From an uncultured Gemmatimonadales bacterium (GTDB taxonomy: Bacteria > Gemmatimonadota > Gemmatimonadetes > Longimicrobiales > RSA9), in NCBI GenBank assembly GCA_963783305.1, contig CAWAMW010000007.1:224001-288000 (forward strand): a DNA stretch of 64,000 nucleotides, written 5' to 3'. The position numbers and the translations under genes are program-made. Numbering within the stretch: the first letter of the stretch is position 1; the number at the start of each line of letters is the position of its first letter. The notes under the pieces are model-generated. The model made no database searches and was not told the origin of the DNA. It saw only the letters and a list, made by a program, of their open reading frames with translations. Positions 29,620-40,400 of the stretch are shown in pieces.

Positions 29620-30539
29620 GCGCGGGTGCAGGTCAACCGAAGGACCTCGCCGCGTCCGTGCGACAGCGTCTTCTCAACATCGCGCGTCAGGCCGGTGAGG
29701 ACTACAACGCGCTGCTGGTACGGTTCACCACGGAACGTCTGCTCTTCCGGATTTCCCGCTCGGCGCACGCGGACGACTTCGTCCTGAAGGGTGCCTGGCT
29801 CTTCCACGCGTGGGACATCGAGCGGAGGGCCACGCGCGACGTCGATTTCCTGGGCTTCGGTGAGTCGTCGCCAGCCGCGGTCGAGGCTCGTTTCCGCGAC
29901 ATCCTCGGGACCGAGGTCGAGCCGGACGGGGTGACGTTTGATCTCGATACTCTCCGGGTCGCTCCGACTCGCGACGGTGCCGCTTATCCAGGGGACCGAA
30001 TCCGAGTGGAGGCGCGGCTGGGGGCCGCGCGTATCACCGTCCAGGTAGACGTGGGCTACGGCGACGCAATCGTCGGGGAACCGGAGGTGGTGGATCTTCC
30101 GTCTCTTCTGGACTTCTCCGGTCCGCGCTTGCGTGCCTACACCGTCGAAGCGGCTGTCGCCGAGAAAGTCGAAGCGATCGTTCGGTTCGGAACTGTGACC
30201 ACCCGGTTCAAGGACTTCTTCGATCTCGCGGTGATTGCGAGCGAGCGGCAGCTCGATGGTGTGCTTCTTCGCGATCAGATCCGCGAGACCTTCGCCCGCA
30301 GAGGCACCCAGGTTCCCGATGGGGTCCCGGCCGGACTGGGCGACGCATTCGCCGAGGGCCCGGACTCGAAGAGGCAGTGGTTGGCGTTCCTGGAGCGCTC
30401 GAAAGGTCGAGGTGGAGTATCGGAGCGCTTTCCGCATGTAGTCGCGACCGTTCGCGGTATGGTGCTCCCAGTGCTCCACGCGGCCGCCCGCGACCGCGGC
30501 TTTGCCGAACGCTGGGTGCCGTCGATCGGCTGGCGCTGA
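29616..30539 (+). CDS. Type IV TA toxin, AbiEii/AbiGii nucleotidyltransferase
   Basis: FVLKGA, RATRDVD, AEKVEAI, TRFKDFFDL; coupled to the antitoxin gene. Confidence 0.9.
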   Translation: MSAGAGQPKDLAASVRQRLLNIARQAGEDYNALLVRFTTERLLFRISRSAHADDFVLKGAWLFHAWDIERRATRDVDFLGFGESSPAAVEARFRDILGTEVEPDGVTFDLDTLRVAPTRDGAAYPGDRIRVEARLGAARITVQVDVGYGDAIVGEPEVVDLPSLLDFSGPRLRAYTVEAAVAEKVEAIVRFGTVTTRFKDFFDLAVIASERQLDGVLLRDQIRETFARRGTQVPDGVPAGLGDAFAEGPDSKRQWLAFLERSKGRGGVSERFPHVVATVRGMVLPVLHAAARDRGFAERWVPSIGWR

Positions 30540-30718
30540 CCGGCGAGTACGAGTGGCCGATCGAGGGCTGGAGCCATCGTTCCCGCCGTGGGACTCACTC
30601 TGGAGCACCGTGGGGCGCGTTACATCGCACACCCCCATCGCACACCTTCTTCCGCAGACCACGCGTTCTGCCAGTAATGGCGGGGATATCTCCGTTTCCG
30701 ACTCCGGAGCACCTGCAT

Positions 30719-30810
30719 GTTCGACTCCCGCCGGCTCCACTTGAGGAAGTAGCGCAGGGGCAGGATACAGAAGCGGCGGAGTGAGACGACAAAATCTCAC
30801 TCCGCCGTTT
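30719..30810 (+). repeat. att core copy 2 plus near-identical copy of the spacer and terminator
   Basis: Core 30719-30739; downstream CTTGAGGAAGTAG..CAGGGGCA..TACAGAAGCGGCGGAGTGAG..CTCACTCCGCCG matches 28814-28880. Confidence 0.95.
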
Positions 30811-30825
30811 CTTCGTGCGTGGCTA

Positions 30826-31041
30826 TCAGCCCTCCTTCACTCCGCCCTTGGCTGCCTCGACAAACGGCCCTTCCTGCCCCGCCCGCTTCAGGAACTCGCG
30901 TTCCTCCGGGTCGCGAGGCGGGCGCGTCATGCCGCGCGTATCCGTGCGCGCCTGCGAGCGGCGGATTCGTTCCAGGCGGACCTGCCACTTCTCGCTGAGA
31001 TCTGGCTTGTTCATTTCGCCCATCATGACCTCCAGGCGCAT
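30826..31041 (-). CDS. Small hypothetical protein
   Basis: 71-aa charged ORF with AGGAAGG before the ATG; ends near the terminator hairpin. Confidence 0.4.
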   Translation of the reverse strand: MRLEVMMGEMNKPDLSEKWQVRLERIRRSQARTDTRGMTRPPRDPEEREFLKRAGQEGPFVEAAKGGVKEG

Positions 31042-31090
31042 GCCTTCCTGACGATAAGTACGAGATCGTACCCGAAACAGGACGGGCGGT

Positions 31091-31348
31091 TCAGGCGCGA
31101 CGGTTCAGTTCATCTATGAGATCCCTGAGCACCTGATCGGTAACCCGCTCCTGCGAGGAGGCGAGCTGCCTGAGCGCCTCGAGGGCGTCCATGGAATCCT
31201 CTCGTTCCAGCTCAGGTCCGAGCCACGACATGTCGAGGTCGTCCCCGAAAGCCGCGAGCATATCGATGGCCTGCTCGCCGTACGCGGTGTGCTTCCAGTG
31301 ATTGAATCCTACCAGTCGGTCCCGAAGCACTACTTCCTTCTTGACCAC
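31091..31348 (-). pseudogene. Probable N-terminally truncated gene (possible nucleotidyltransferase-like C-terminus)
   Basis: Protein-like [20 protein letters not shown]...; its 5' end runs into the extended tail of iorB. Confidence 0.35.
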
Positions 31349-33549
31349 TCTGAACTCCGCGACCAGGTCAGCTCGTGCGCGGCGATGGGCAGCGAACGAA
31401 TGCGACGGCCGGTGGCGGCGAAGATGGCACTGGTGAGCGCCGGGAGGACCGGCGGCAGCATCGGCTCACCCAGGCCGGTCGGGTCGTGGTCGGTGATGAC
31501 GAAGTCCACGTCGATCTCCGGGGGCGTCTGCGTCAGGCGGATGAGCGGGTAGTCGTGGAAGTTGCTCTGCTCGGCGCGGCCGTCGGCAATTGTGATGGCC
31601 ATGCCCAGGGCTGAGCCCAGCCCCTCGATCACACCGCCCTGCACGTTGTTGAGGGCGTTCAGCGGGTTGATGATCTGCCGGCCCACGTCGCCCACCGCCC
31701 AGACCCTGTCGATGTTGAGCTCGCCCTCGCGGGTGACACTGGCCTGGACCACCTCGGCGAAATAGCCGCGGTGGCTGTAATGGAACGCGGTGCCCATGCC
31801 GGTCCCGGCGGGCAGGTCGGTCCGGCCCCATCCCGAGCGGTCGCGGACGCGGCGCAGCACGCCGGCCGCGCGTGAGGCGTCGAGACCAGGCTCCTCGGCG
31901 GTGACCGCGAGGAGGTCGAGGCGGAACTGGAGCGGATCGCGACCCGCCGCGTGGGCCAGTTCGTCAATGAATGACTGGATGGCGAACGCGATGCCGTTGC
32001 TGCCCGGCGCGCGCATCCATCCCGTCGGGATCCCGGACGGCATCATGGACGCGGCGAGCATGAAGTTGGGGACGAAACCTGCAGGGAACTCGGAGCTCCG
32101 GATGCTCGCGGCGGTGGCGAAGCGTTCTCCGTCGCCCAACGAGACGAAGTGGTCACGCCAGGCGGTGATCCGGCCCTGTGCGTCGACGCCGCCGCTCAGG
32201 TAGTGCCAGCCGGCGGGGCGGTACATGTCGTGCCGCACGTCATCCTCGCGGGACCAGACCAGCTTGACCGGGTGGCCGACCTCGCGGGAGATGCGGGCGG
32301 CCTCCACCATGTAGTCGTTGTCGAGTCGGCGCCCGAATCCGCCGCCGCACCGCAGAAGGTGGATCGTCACGTCGCTTTCGGGGATGCCGAGCGTATCGGC
32401 TACCCGGGTCCGGCCCCAGTCCGGCGTCTGCGTCGGCGCCCAGATCTCAATGGTGCCGTCGCCTTTCCAGTGCGCCGTGCAGTTCTGCGGCTCCAGCGGC
32501 GCGTGGCTGAGGAAGGGATAGTGGTAGGCTCTCTCGATGGTGGTGGCCGCGCGAGACATGGCGACGTCGAAGTCGCCGTTGCTCCGGAGCGTCTGCTGCG
32601 GTGACCCTGCGGCCAGCTCGTCGGCCTGGCGCTGGAACCCAGCGCTGCTTTGCGACGCTGTTTCGCCCTCGTCCCACTCCACCCGCAGCACGTCGCGGCG
32701 GGCCGAGTGGGCATCCCACCACGTATCGGCCACGACGGCGACGCCGCCCAGCAGGCCCCTCAGGTCGTCGCCGCCCTCGACGACGAACGCGTGCCGGACG
32801 CCCGGCGCGCGGCGAACCGCTTCCAGGTTTGCGCTCGCCACGCGGCCGCCGTAAACCGGGCACTTCTCGAACACGGCGTACAGCATCCCCCGAACGGTGT
32901 GATCGATGCCGAACAGTGGCTGCCCCGTCACGATGGCGTGATTGTCCACGCCCGGGATCGGCGTGCCGATGATGCGGAAATCTTCCGGGTTTTTGAGCGG
33001 GACCGACTCGAGGGCCGGCGGCGAGAGGGTGGCAGCGCGGTCGAGGAGGTCGACGTAGGCGAGTCGCCTGCCGCTGGACCCGTGTACCACCACACCCGGC
33101 TCCGTGCTCACCTCATCCGCGGGGACGCCCCACTGCTCGGCCGCGGCCCGCATCAGCATCCGGCGGGCCGCGGCGCCCACTCGCCGCATGGGCATCCAGT
33201 GCGTTGGCGTGGCCGTGCTGCCGCCCGCGAACTGCCGCTCGTAGCGGTCGTCATGGGACGCCTGGGTCACGCGTACGCTCGACCACGGCACGTCCAGCTC
33301 GTCGGCAATGATCATGGGCAGCATTGTCTTCACGCCCTGCCCGATCTCCGGGTTCTGCGCCACAATCGTGACGCGTCCGTCCGGAGTCATGCGGATGAAC
33401 GCGTTGGGCTCGAAGTCCGCGAGCCCCGTAGCCGCCGCGTCGCCGAAGTCGAGGTAGGTGGCCAGCATCAGCCCACCGCCGGCGAGAGCGGACACGCGCA
33501 GGAAGCTGCGGCGGTCCATGGCGCCGGGGCTGGGGGCTGGAGTGCTCAT
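31330..33549 (-). CDS. iorB: Molybdopterin oxidoreductase large subunit (IorB / xanthine dehydrogenase family), Tat-exported
   Basis: MDRRSFL twin-Arg, [28 protein letters not shown]. Confidence 0.88.
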   Translation of the reverse strand: MSTPAPSPGAMDRRSFLRVSALAGGGLMLATYLDFGDAAATGLADFEPNAFIRMTPDGRVTIVAQNPEIGQGVKTMLPMIIADELDVPWSSVRVTQASHDDRYERQFAGGSTATPTHWMPMRRVGAAARRMLMRAAAEQWGVPADEVSTEPGVVVHGSSGRRLAYVDLLDRAATLSPPALESVPLKNPEDFRIIGTPIPGVDNHAIVTGQPLFGIDHTVRGMLYAVFEKCPVYGGRVASANLEAVRRAPGVRHAFVVEGGDDLRGLLGGVAVVADTWWDAHSARRDVLRVEWDEGETASQSSAGFQRQADELAAGSPQQTLRSNGDFDVAMSRAATTIERAYHYPFLSHAPLEPQNCTAHWKGDGTIEIWAPTQTPDWGRTRVADTLGIPESDVTIHLLRCGGGFGRRLDNDYMVEAARISREVGHPVKLVWSREDDVRHDMYRPAGWHYLSGGVDAQGRITAWRDHFVSLGDGERFATAASIRSSEFPAGFVPNFMLAASMMPSGIPTGWMRAPGSNGIAFAIQSFIDELAHAAGRDPLQFRLDLLAVTAEEPGLDASRAAGVLRRVRDRSGWGRTDLPAGTGMGTAFHYSHRGYFAEVVQASVTREGELNIDRVWAVGDVGRQIINPLNALNNVQGGVIEGLGSALGMAITIADGRAEQSNFHDYPLIRLTQTPPEIDVDFVITDHDPTGLGEPMLPPVLPALTSAIFAATGRRIRSLPIAAHELTWSRSSEWSRRK

Positions 33550-34082
33550 GAGGCGTCCTCCCGTGGCTCATGGCGGCGACCCCCGCCGTCCGGTCCACCC
33601 ACGCCGGTGGACCCGTTCGAGGTGGCCGCGGCGGACGCGGCGGCCCGGTGGATGGCTTCGCGGATCCGAAGGTAGGTGCCGCAGCGGCAGATGTTGCCGT
33701 TCATGGCGGCGTCGATGTCGTCGTCCGTGGGGCGCGGATTGCGCTCGAGCAGCGCCGCGGCCGACATGAGCTGGCCCGCCTGGCAATACCCGCACTGTGG
33801 CACGTCGAGCTCCTGCCAGGCCTCCTGCAGGGCGTGGGTGCCGTCCGGTGAGAGCCCCTCGACGGTCCGGACCCGGCCCCCGGCCACGGCGGAGACGGGC
33901 GTGATGCACGAGCGCGTGGCCGAGCCATTGAGGTGGACGGTGCACGCTCCGCACTGGGCCATGCCACAGCCGAACTTGGTGCCCTTCAGGTCCAGCACGT
34001 CGCGCAGGACCCAGAGCAGCGGCATGTCGCCGCGGACGTCGACGCTCTGCGCCTCGCCGTTGACTTCAAAAGAGAGCTTCAT
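33546..34082 (-). CDS. iorA: (2Fe-2S)-binding small subunit
   Basis: [26 protein letters not shown]. Confidence 0.9.
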   Translation of the reverse strand: MKLSFEVNGEAQSVDVRGDMPLLWVLRDVLDLKGTKFGCGMAQCGACTVHLNGSATRSCITPVSAVAGGRVRTVEGLSPDGTHALQEAWQELDVPQCGYCQAGQLMSAAALLERNPRPTDDDIDAAMNGNICRCGTYLRIREAIHRAAASAAATSNGSTGVGGPDGGGRRHEPREDAS

Positions 34083-34451
34083 GAGGGGGGCTCCGCTTGG
34101 GAGGTGGGACAAAAGTTAAACCGACCGGGAATGCATGGCCAGGCTACGGCGCGACGGGTCTGGCGGGTAGACCGGTGGGGAGGTGATCAGGGGTGTGGGG
34201 CCGGTCCCGGCCGCGGCGTATGGGGGGGGTAGCCAGCGATGACTCAAACAAGAAACGGACGCGCCTCCCGACGACCCTTCGCGGCAAGTGTCCCTCCGCT
34301 GTTTGTCGTGTGGCCGCCGTCCTACATTCCATCTGCGCCGTCTGCGAGCGGCCTCGGGGGCCCGCGGTCTACGGGCGGACCGCCTCTTCCGGTTGACGGG
34401 TGGCGATTATCCCGCGACCATCCGTCCGACGTGAACCGGACTACAACGGGA

Positions 34452-34814
34452 ATGCGACGACTCCTCGCGCTGACACTGCTGATCCTGACAAGCGCCGCCT
34501 CCATGGAGGAGGTGGTGGGCGTCGTGCGGGACGGCGAGGTGCATCACGAGAGTACTGTGGCCGCAGCGACACACGCCCAGGCGTCTGCGGGTGACCATGG
34601 CCATGAAGATACCGCTCACTCGGGTGAGCACCGGCACGGCGAGGGCCATGATCACGGCACTACGGGTGACCACTGCACGCACACCCACGGTCCCGCGGTC
34701 CTGACCACGACCCCGCCTCCTCTCCTCGTCGAGACGGACGAGGAACTTGTTACTGAGAGCGCGCTCCCGCGCGCGATCGTCTCCGACGGGTTCGCCCACC
34801 CTCCCCGGGCGTAA
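34452..34814 (+). CDS. His-rich leader protein (CzcI/DUF2946-like) ending HPPRA
   Basis: 120 aa; signal-like N-terminus, 14 His, HCTHTH, C-terminal HPPRA*; first ORF before czcC. Confidence 0.7.
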   Translation: MRRLLALTLLILTSAASMEEVVGVVRDGEVHHESTVAAATHAQASAGDHGHEDTAHSGEHRHGEGHDHGTTGDHCTHTHGPAVLTTTPPPLLVETDEELVTESALPRAIVSDGFAHPPRA

Positions 34815-34963
34815 TCCCCTGACGCGGCGCCGTCGCTGACGCGACGCCTCGCCGCTCGATCGAAAGCACCCACAACACAGCCGATCGATCGGATCCGTGC
34901 CCTGCACGGGCGCCTCCGCGCGTCCGTCCCGGTGGCACGGTTCCACGGAGACGAGAGACAGAG

Positions 34964-36265
34964 ATGAACCCACGACGAGCGAGTGCGCTCGCGGCCCTCC
35001 TGGCCGTGTGCGCGGCGGCGCCGTCGCTGGCGGCTCAGATGCCGCCGGCCGACGGGGCCACACCCGCCGACACGCTGCGCCTGACGCTTTCCGACGCCCA
35101 GCGACGCGCCCTCACAATGAATCCGGCCTTCCTGGCCGATGCTACGGCAGGGGAGATCGCGCGCGGGGAGCTGCGCCACGCCCGGGTCTATTCCTACAAC
35201 CCCCAAGCGGAGTTCGACGCCCCAGGGTCCGCATCGGCCGGCGAGCTGGGGGCGTATGAAGCGCGCCTGGCCCAGGAGGTGGAGTGGGCCGGGCAGCGAG
35301 GCCTCCGGATCGACGCGGCGGAGATCGGCGTCGCCCGGGCCGAGCGCAGTGTGGCGGATGCGGCCCGACGGACGCTGGCCGACGTGAGCGTGGCGTTCTA
35401 TACGGCGCTGGCGGCCGAGGAGCGGCTGCGGGTGGCGACCGAGGTGGCCGGGCTGAACGAGCGGCTGATGGAGGCGGTGCGCATCCAGCTCCGGGAGGGC
35501 GAGATCAGCATCATGGAGGCGAACCTGGCCGCGATCGAGGTCGGGCGTGCCCGTGCGCGAGTGCTGTCTGCCCGGCGCACGGCCACATCCGCGCAGCTGG
35601 CCCTGGGGCGGCTGGTGGGGGCACCGCCGGAGGTGGCCGTCCGGGTGGAGACGGAGGTGGCGCCGGCGCCGGCACCGAAAACCCTCGACCCCGACGGGCT
35701 TCTCGCGGCGGCGCTTGAGCAGCGTCCGGACCTGGCCGCGGCGGCCACGGCTGTCCTGCAGTCGGAGACGCTGACCCGGCTCGCCCGCCGGGAGGCGATT
35801 CCGAACCTCGAGATCGTGGCCCTCGCGGAGCGGGACGGGATCGGGAGCGAGCCGCGGGTGGGGCTCGGCGTGGGACTCCCGCTGCCGTTCTGGGATCGGA
35901 ACCAGGGGGTGGTCGCCCGCCGCAGGGCCGAAACCGATCGGGCGGCGTACGTCCTGGAGGCGACGCGGCTCGAGGTCCGGACGGAGGTGATCGATGCCTA
36001 CCGCTCCTACGTGGCCGCGGCGGAGGAGGTCGCGGTCTTCGAGGCGGACGTGCTGGAGCCGGCCCAGCGGACCCAGGAGATGCTGGAAACGGCGTACGAG
36101 GCGGGGAAGACGGACCTGAGCGCGCTGGTCCTTCTGCGAAACCAGCTGCTGGATGCGGAGCTGTCGTACTGGGAGGCCTGGCTGGCGCAGCGGGAGGCGC
36201 TGGTGCGACTGCGGGCCGCTACGGGCGAGCTGACGATCGAGGACCTGAACGGAAGTGACCGATAG
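34964..36265 (+). CDS. czcC: Outer-membrane efflux protein (TolC/CzcC)
   Basis: Signal peptide, helical repeats, LPLPFWDRNQG, AYEAGK. Confidence 0.85.
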   Translation: MNPRRASALAALLAVCAAAPSLAAQMPPADGATPADTLRLTLSDAQRRALTMNPAFLADATAGEIARGELRHARVYSYNPQAEFDAPGSASAGELGAYEARLAQEVEWAGQRGLRIDAAEIGVARAERSVADAARRTLADVSVAFYTALAAEERLRVATEVAGLNERLMEAVRIQLREGEISIMEANLAAIEVGRARARVLSARRTATSAQLALGRLVGAPPEVAVRVETEVAPAPAPKTLDPDGLLAAALEQRPDLAAAATAVLQSETLTRLARREAIPNLEIVALAERDGIGSEPRVGLGVGLPLPFWDRNQGVVARRRAETDRAAYVLEATRLEVRTEVIDAYRSYVAAAEEVAVFEADVLEPAQRTQEMLETAYEAGKTDLSALVLLRNQLLDAELSYWEAWLAQREALVRLRAATGELTIEDLNGSDR

Positions 36266-37438
36266 ATGAGAACCGCGACATACAACCTCGGATGGATTGC
36301 GGCGGCGCTGGCTGTGCTGGCGGCGGGATGCGGTGACGGATCGAACGGCGCCGGAGGCGCTGGCGATGAACACGAGGAGCATGCCGAGAATGGCGCACCG
36401 GGCATGGAGCTGGTGGAACTCGACTCTACCGCCCTCGCCATGGCCGGGATCGAGATCGGCGTGACGGACACGGTGCACTCCACGGCCCTGCCCGCGACCG
36501 GGACCATCACCTATGACCAGAACCGGGTCAGCCACATCGGTCCCCGAACGGAGGGGCGGATCCTGAGCCTGCGTACCGACCTCGGCGCTCGCGTCCGGTC
36601 CGGACAGGTGCTGGCGGTGCTCGAGAGCCCGGACGTGGGTGCTACCCGGGCGGACCTGCACGAGGCCGAGTCCATGGTCGAGATCGCGCGGGAGAACTAC
36701 GAGCGGGAGCGTCGTCTCGAGGAGCAGGGGATCTCGAGCCGCCGGGAGCTGCTGGAGGCGGAGCGGGAGCTCCGCCAGGCGGAGGCGGCGCTGCTCCGGG
36801 CCGGAGAGCGGCTCCAGGCGCTGGGCGCGGGCCATGGCGACGGGAGCCAGTTCACCGTCACGGCCCCGTTCGACGGCGTGGTGGTCGAGAAGCACGCCAC
36901 CCAGGGCGAGGTCGTGGGGCCGTCGGACCAGCTGTTCACCGTGGCGGACCTGGGCCGGTTGTGGATCGAGCTGGACATCTACGAGCGGGACCTGCGTCGT
37001 GTGGCGCTGGGCCAGCCGGTGCGCGTCACCACGACAGCCTACCCGGACCGGTCCTTCGACGGCGAGATCGTCTACATCGGCGACATCCTGGACCCCGGAA
37101 GCCGAACCGTGCGGGCGCGGGTCGAGGTGGAGAACCTCGCGGGCGCGCTCCGGCCTGGAATGTTCGCCCGGGCCGCGATCCGGGTTTCGGGCGAGAGCAG
37201 CGTCGTCGTAGTGCCCCGGGGCGCCGTGCAGACGATCGAGGGGCGGCAGGTCGTGTGGGTCGAGGGCGAGCTCCCGAGCCGGTTCCGGGCCCAGCCCGTG
37301 GAAACGGGCCAGACGCTTCAGGGCGACAGCATCGAGATCCTGAGCGGGCTGGATCCCAACGAGCGGATCGTTACGGAGGGCGCCTTCACGCTGAAGGCCC
37401 AGCTCTCCAAAGGCGAGTTCGGCGGACACGGGCACTGA
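36266..37438 (+). CDS. czcB: RND periplasmic adaptor lipoprotein
   Basis: LAAGC lipobox, APFDGVV, LRPGMF, His-bearing N- and C-terminal segments. Confidence 0.88.
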   Translation: MRTATYNLGWIAAALAVLAAGCGDGSNGAGGAGDEHEEHAENGAPGMELVELDSTALAMAGIEIGVTDTVHSTALPATGTITYDQNRVSHIGPRTEGRILSLRTDLGARVRSGQVLAVLESPDVGATRADLHEAESMVEIARENYERERRLEEQGISSRRELLEAERELRQAEAALLRAGERLQALGAGHGDGSQFTVTAPFDGVVVEKHATQGEVVGPSDQLFTVADLGRLWIELDIYERDLRRVALGQPVRVTTTAYPDRSFDGEIVYIGDILDPGSRTVRARVEVENLAGALRPGMFARAAIRVSGESSVVVVPRGAVQTIEGRQVVWVEGELPSRFRAQPVETGQTLQGDSIEILSGLDPNERIVTEGAFTLKAQLSKGEFGGHGH

Positions 37439-37448
37439 GGGGGCGACG

Positions 37449-40400
37449 ATGATCGACAAGCTGATCGATTTCGCCCTCCGCCAGCGGCTGCTGGTGCTCG
37501 TGGGCACGGTGGCGCTCTTCGGGGCGGGCGCGTGGGCGTACACGCGCCTGCCGGTGGACGCCTACCCGGACATCTCGCCCGCGCTGGTACAGGTGTTCAC
37601 GGAGACGGAAGGCCTCGCGCCGGAGGAGGTGGAGCAGCTCGTCACCTACCCGGTGGAGGTGGCGATGAACGGGCTGCCCGGGCTGGAGGAGATCCGGTCC
37701 GTGAGCAACTTCGGGCTCTCCGTCGTCAACATCTATTTCGAGGAGGGGACGGACATCTATTTCGCGCGGCAGCTCGTGAACGAGCGGCTGCAGCAGGCGC
37801 GGGAGGGGATCCCGGCGGGGCTCGGCGAGCCGGTCATGGGGCCGATCTCCAGCGGCCTGGGCCAGATCCTCTTCTACTACCTCGACGACGAGACGGGGGA
37901 GTACACGCTGGAGGAGCTGCGGACGATGGAGGACTGGATCGTCAAGCGGAACCTCCAGACCATCCCGGGCGTGACCGAGGTCCTCTCCATCGGCGGGCAC
38001 GTGAAGCAGTACCAGGTGGTCGTGGATCCGAACCGGCTCCGACAGTACGGACTGTCGCTCCACCAGGTGCTGGAGGCGGTGGAGCAGAACAACCTCAACG
38101 TCGGCGCGAGCTACCTCGAGGTAGCCAGCGAGGAGTACCTGGTCCGCTCGATCGGGCTGGCCCAGAACCTTGCCGACATCGAGGACATCACCATCGAGAC
38201 CCGGGAGGGCACACCCGTCCGCGTGGGTGAGATCGCCGACGTGCGGATCGGGCCGGAGATCCGGCGCGGGCTGGTGACCCGGAACGGCGAGGGCGAGATC
38301 GTCGTCGGGTTCGTGCTGAAGCTGCTGGGCACCAATACCTCGACCGTGATCGACCGCGTCCAGGAGCGGCTGGACGTGATCCGGGACGCGCTCCCCGAGG
38401 GCGTCCGTCTGGTGCCGTACTACGAGCAGGCGAGCCTGGTGGGCCGGGCCACGACCACGGTGACGAGTGCGCTGTGGCAGGGGCTCATCCTGGTGGTGAT
38501 CGTGCTGGCGCTCTTCCTGGGCAACCTGCGGTCTTCCGTGATCGTGGCGCTGAGCCTGCCCTTCTCCATCCTGCTGGCGTTCCTGCTCATGAAGCAGTTC
38601 GGTGTGAGCGCGAACCTCATGTCGCTGGGCGGGCTGGCCATCGGGATCGGGATGATGGTGGACGCGGCCATCGTCGTCGTGGAGAATGTGTTCCGATGGC
38701 TGAAGGAGGATCCGGACCCGGATGAGCCGAAGCTCCACCTCGTGGCCCGGGCGGCGCGCGAGGTCGGCCGACCCGTGTTCTTCGCCATTGCCATCGTCAT
38801 CATCGTCTTCCTGCCGCTGTTCACGCTTCAGGGCGTGGAGGGGACGATGTTCCGGCCGCTGGCCTACACCATCTCCATGGCCATGGTCGGCTCGCTCCTC
38901 TTCTCGCTTACCGTGGCGCCCGTGCTCGCGTCGTTCCTCCTGAAGCGGGAGCCGAGGGAGGCGAACGCGGCGGAGGACGAAGACGACGAGGTCGCCATCG
39001 TACGCTGGCTCCAGCGAAGGTACCAGCCGCTGCTGGCGTGGGCGTTGGACCACAAGAAGGCCGTCATCGCGGGAACCGCCGGGTTGATCGTGATCGGCGC
39101 CGGCGTCTTCCCGTTCCTCGGCACCGAGTTCATCCCGCAGCTCAACGAGGGGACCATGCTGGTCCGAGCGACGTTGGCGCCGTCGATCTCACTGAGCGAG
39201 GCGACGGCGACGGTAGAACGGATAGAGCGGGAGTTCCTGCGCTACCCGGAGGTGACGCAGGTGGTGAGCCGCATCGGGCGCGGGGAAGTGGGCGCGCATG
39301 CGGACCCGGTGAACAACGCCGAGATGTTCGTGGACCTGAAGCCCCGGGGCGAGTGGGAGACCGCCGGTAGCCAGGACGAGCTGGTGGAGGCCATGAGCGA
39401 GCGGCTGGAAGCGTTCCCGGGCGTCCAGCTCAACTTCACGCAGCCCATCGCGGCCGCGGTGGACGAGCTGCTCACGGGCACGAAGGCCGAGCTCGCCATC
39501 AAGCTCTTCGGCGACGACCTGGACGTCCTGCTCGACAAGGCGAACGAGATTGCGGCCGTTGTGGGCGAGGTCGAGGGCGCGTCCGAGGTCCAGGTGGACC
39601 AGGTGACGGGTCAGCCCCAGCTCAAGATCACGCTGGATCGCGGCGCGCTTTCCCGGTACGGGATCCCGGTCGAGCACATCCAGCATGAGATCCGGGCGGC
39701 CATCGGCGGCGCCGTGGCCGGGCAGGTCTTCGAGGGCGAGCGACGGTGGGCGATCTACGTCCGCTACGCCCCCGAGTTCCGGGCGACTGCGGAGGACGTG
39801 GCTTCGCTGCTGATCGACGCGCCGGACGGGTCCATGGTCCCGGTGGGGCAGCTGGCGGACATCCAGACGCTGATCGGGCCGCGGCAGATCTCGCGGGAGC
39901 AGAACCAGCGCTACATCACGATCCAGCTGAACGTGCGGGGCCGCGACATCGGCGGGTTCGTGGAGGAGGCGGGCGGGGCGATCCAGCAGGCGGTCGAGTT
40001 GCCGGCCGGCTACCTGACGAGCTTCGGCGGCCAGTTCGAGCTGGCCCAGGCGGCGAACAAGCGGCTGATGATCGTCATCCCGATTACGCTGATCCTGATC
40101 TTCGGGATGCTCTTCGCGAGCTTCGGCTCCCTGAAGGAGGCGCTGCTCATCCTGCTGAACATCCCACTGGCGCTGGTGGGCGGGCTTGTGGCGCTGCTGG
40201 TCACCGGGCAGAGCCTGTCGGTGCCGTCGAGCGTCGGGTTCATCGCGCTGTTCGGGATCGCCGTCGAGAACGGCCTGGTCCTGGTCACCTATTTCAACCA
40301 GCTCCACCGCGAGGAGGGCCTCTCGATCCGGGAGGCGGTGGAGCGGGGCTCCATGCTCCGGCTCCGACCGGTGCTCATGACCGCTCTGACCACGACGCTG

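Larger units (their letters stand above)
28793..30739. mobile_element. tmRNA-anchored cassette 1 (AbiE toxin-antitoxin), no integrase
   Basis: Flanked by 21-bp direct repeats of the ssrA 3' end; 1926 bp core to core. Confidence 0.8.

Noticed and set aside
34652..37543. 963-aa minus-strand ORF
   Set aside because: Antisense to czcC/czcB; not an integrase or any recognisable protein.
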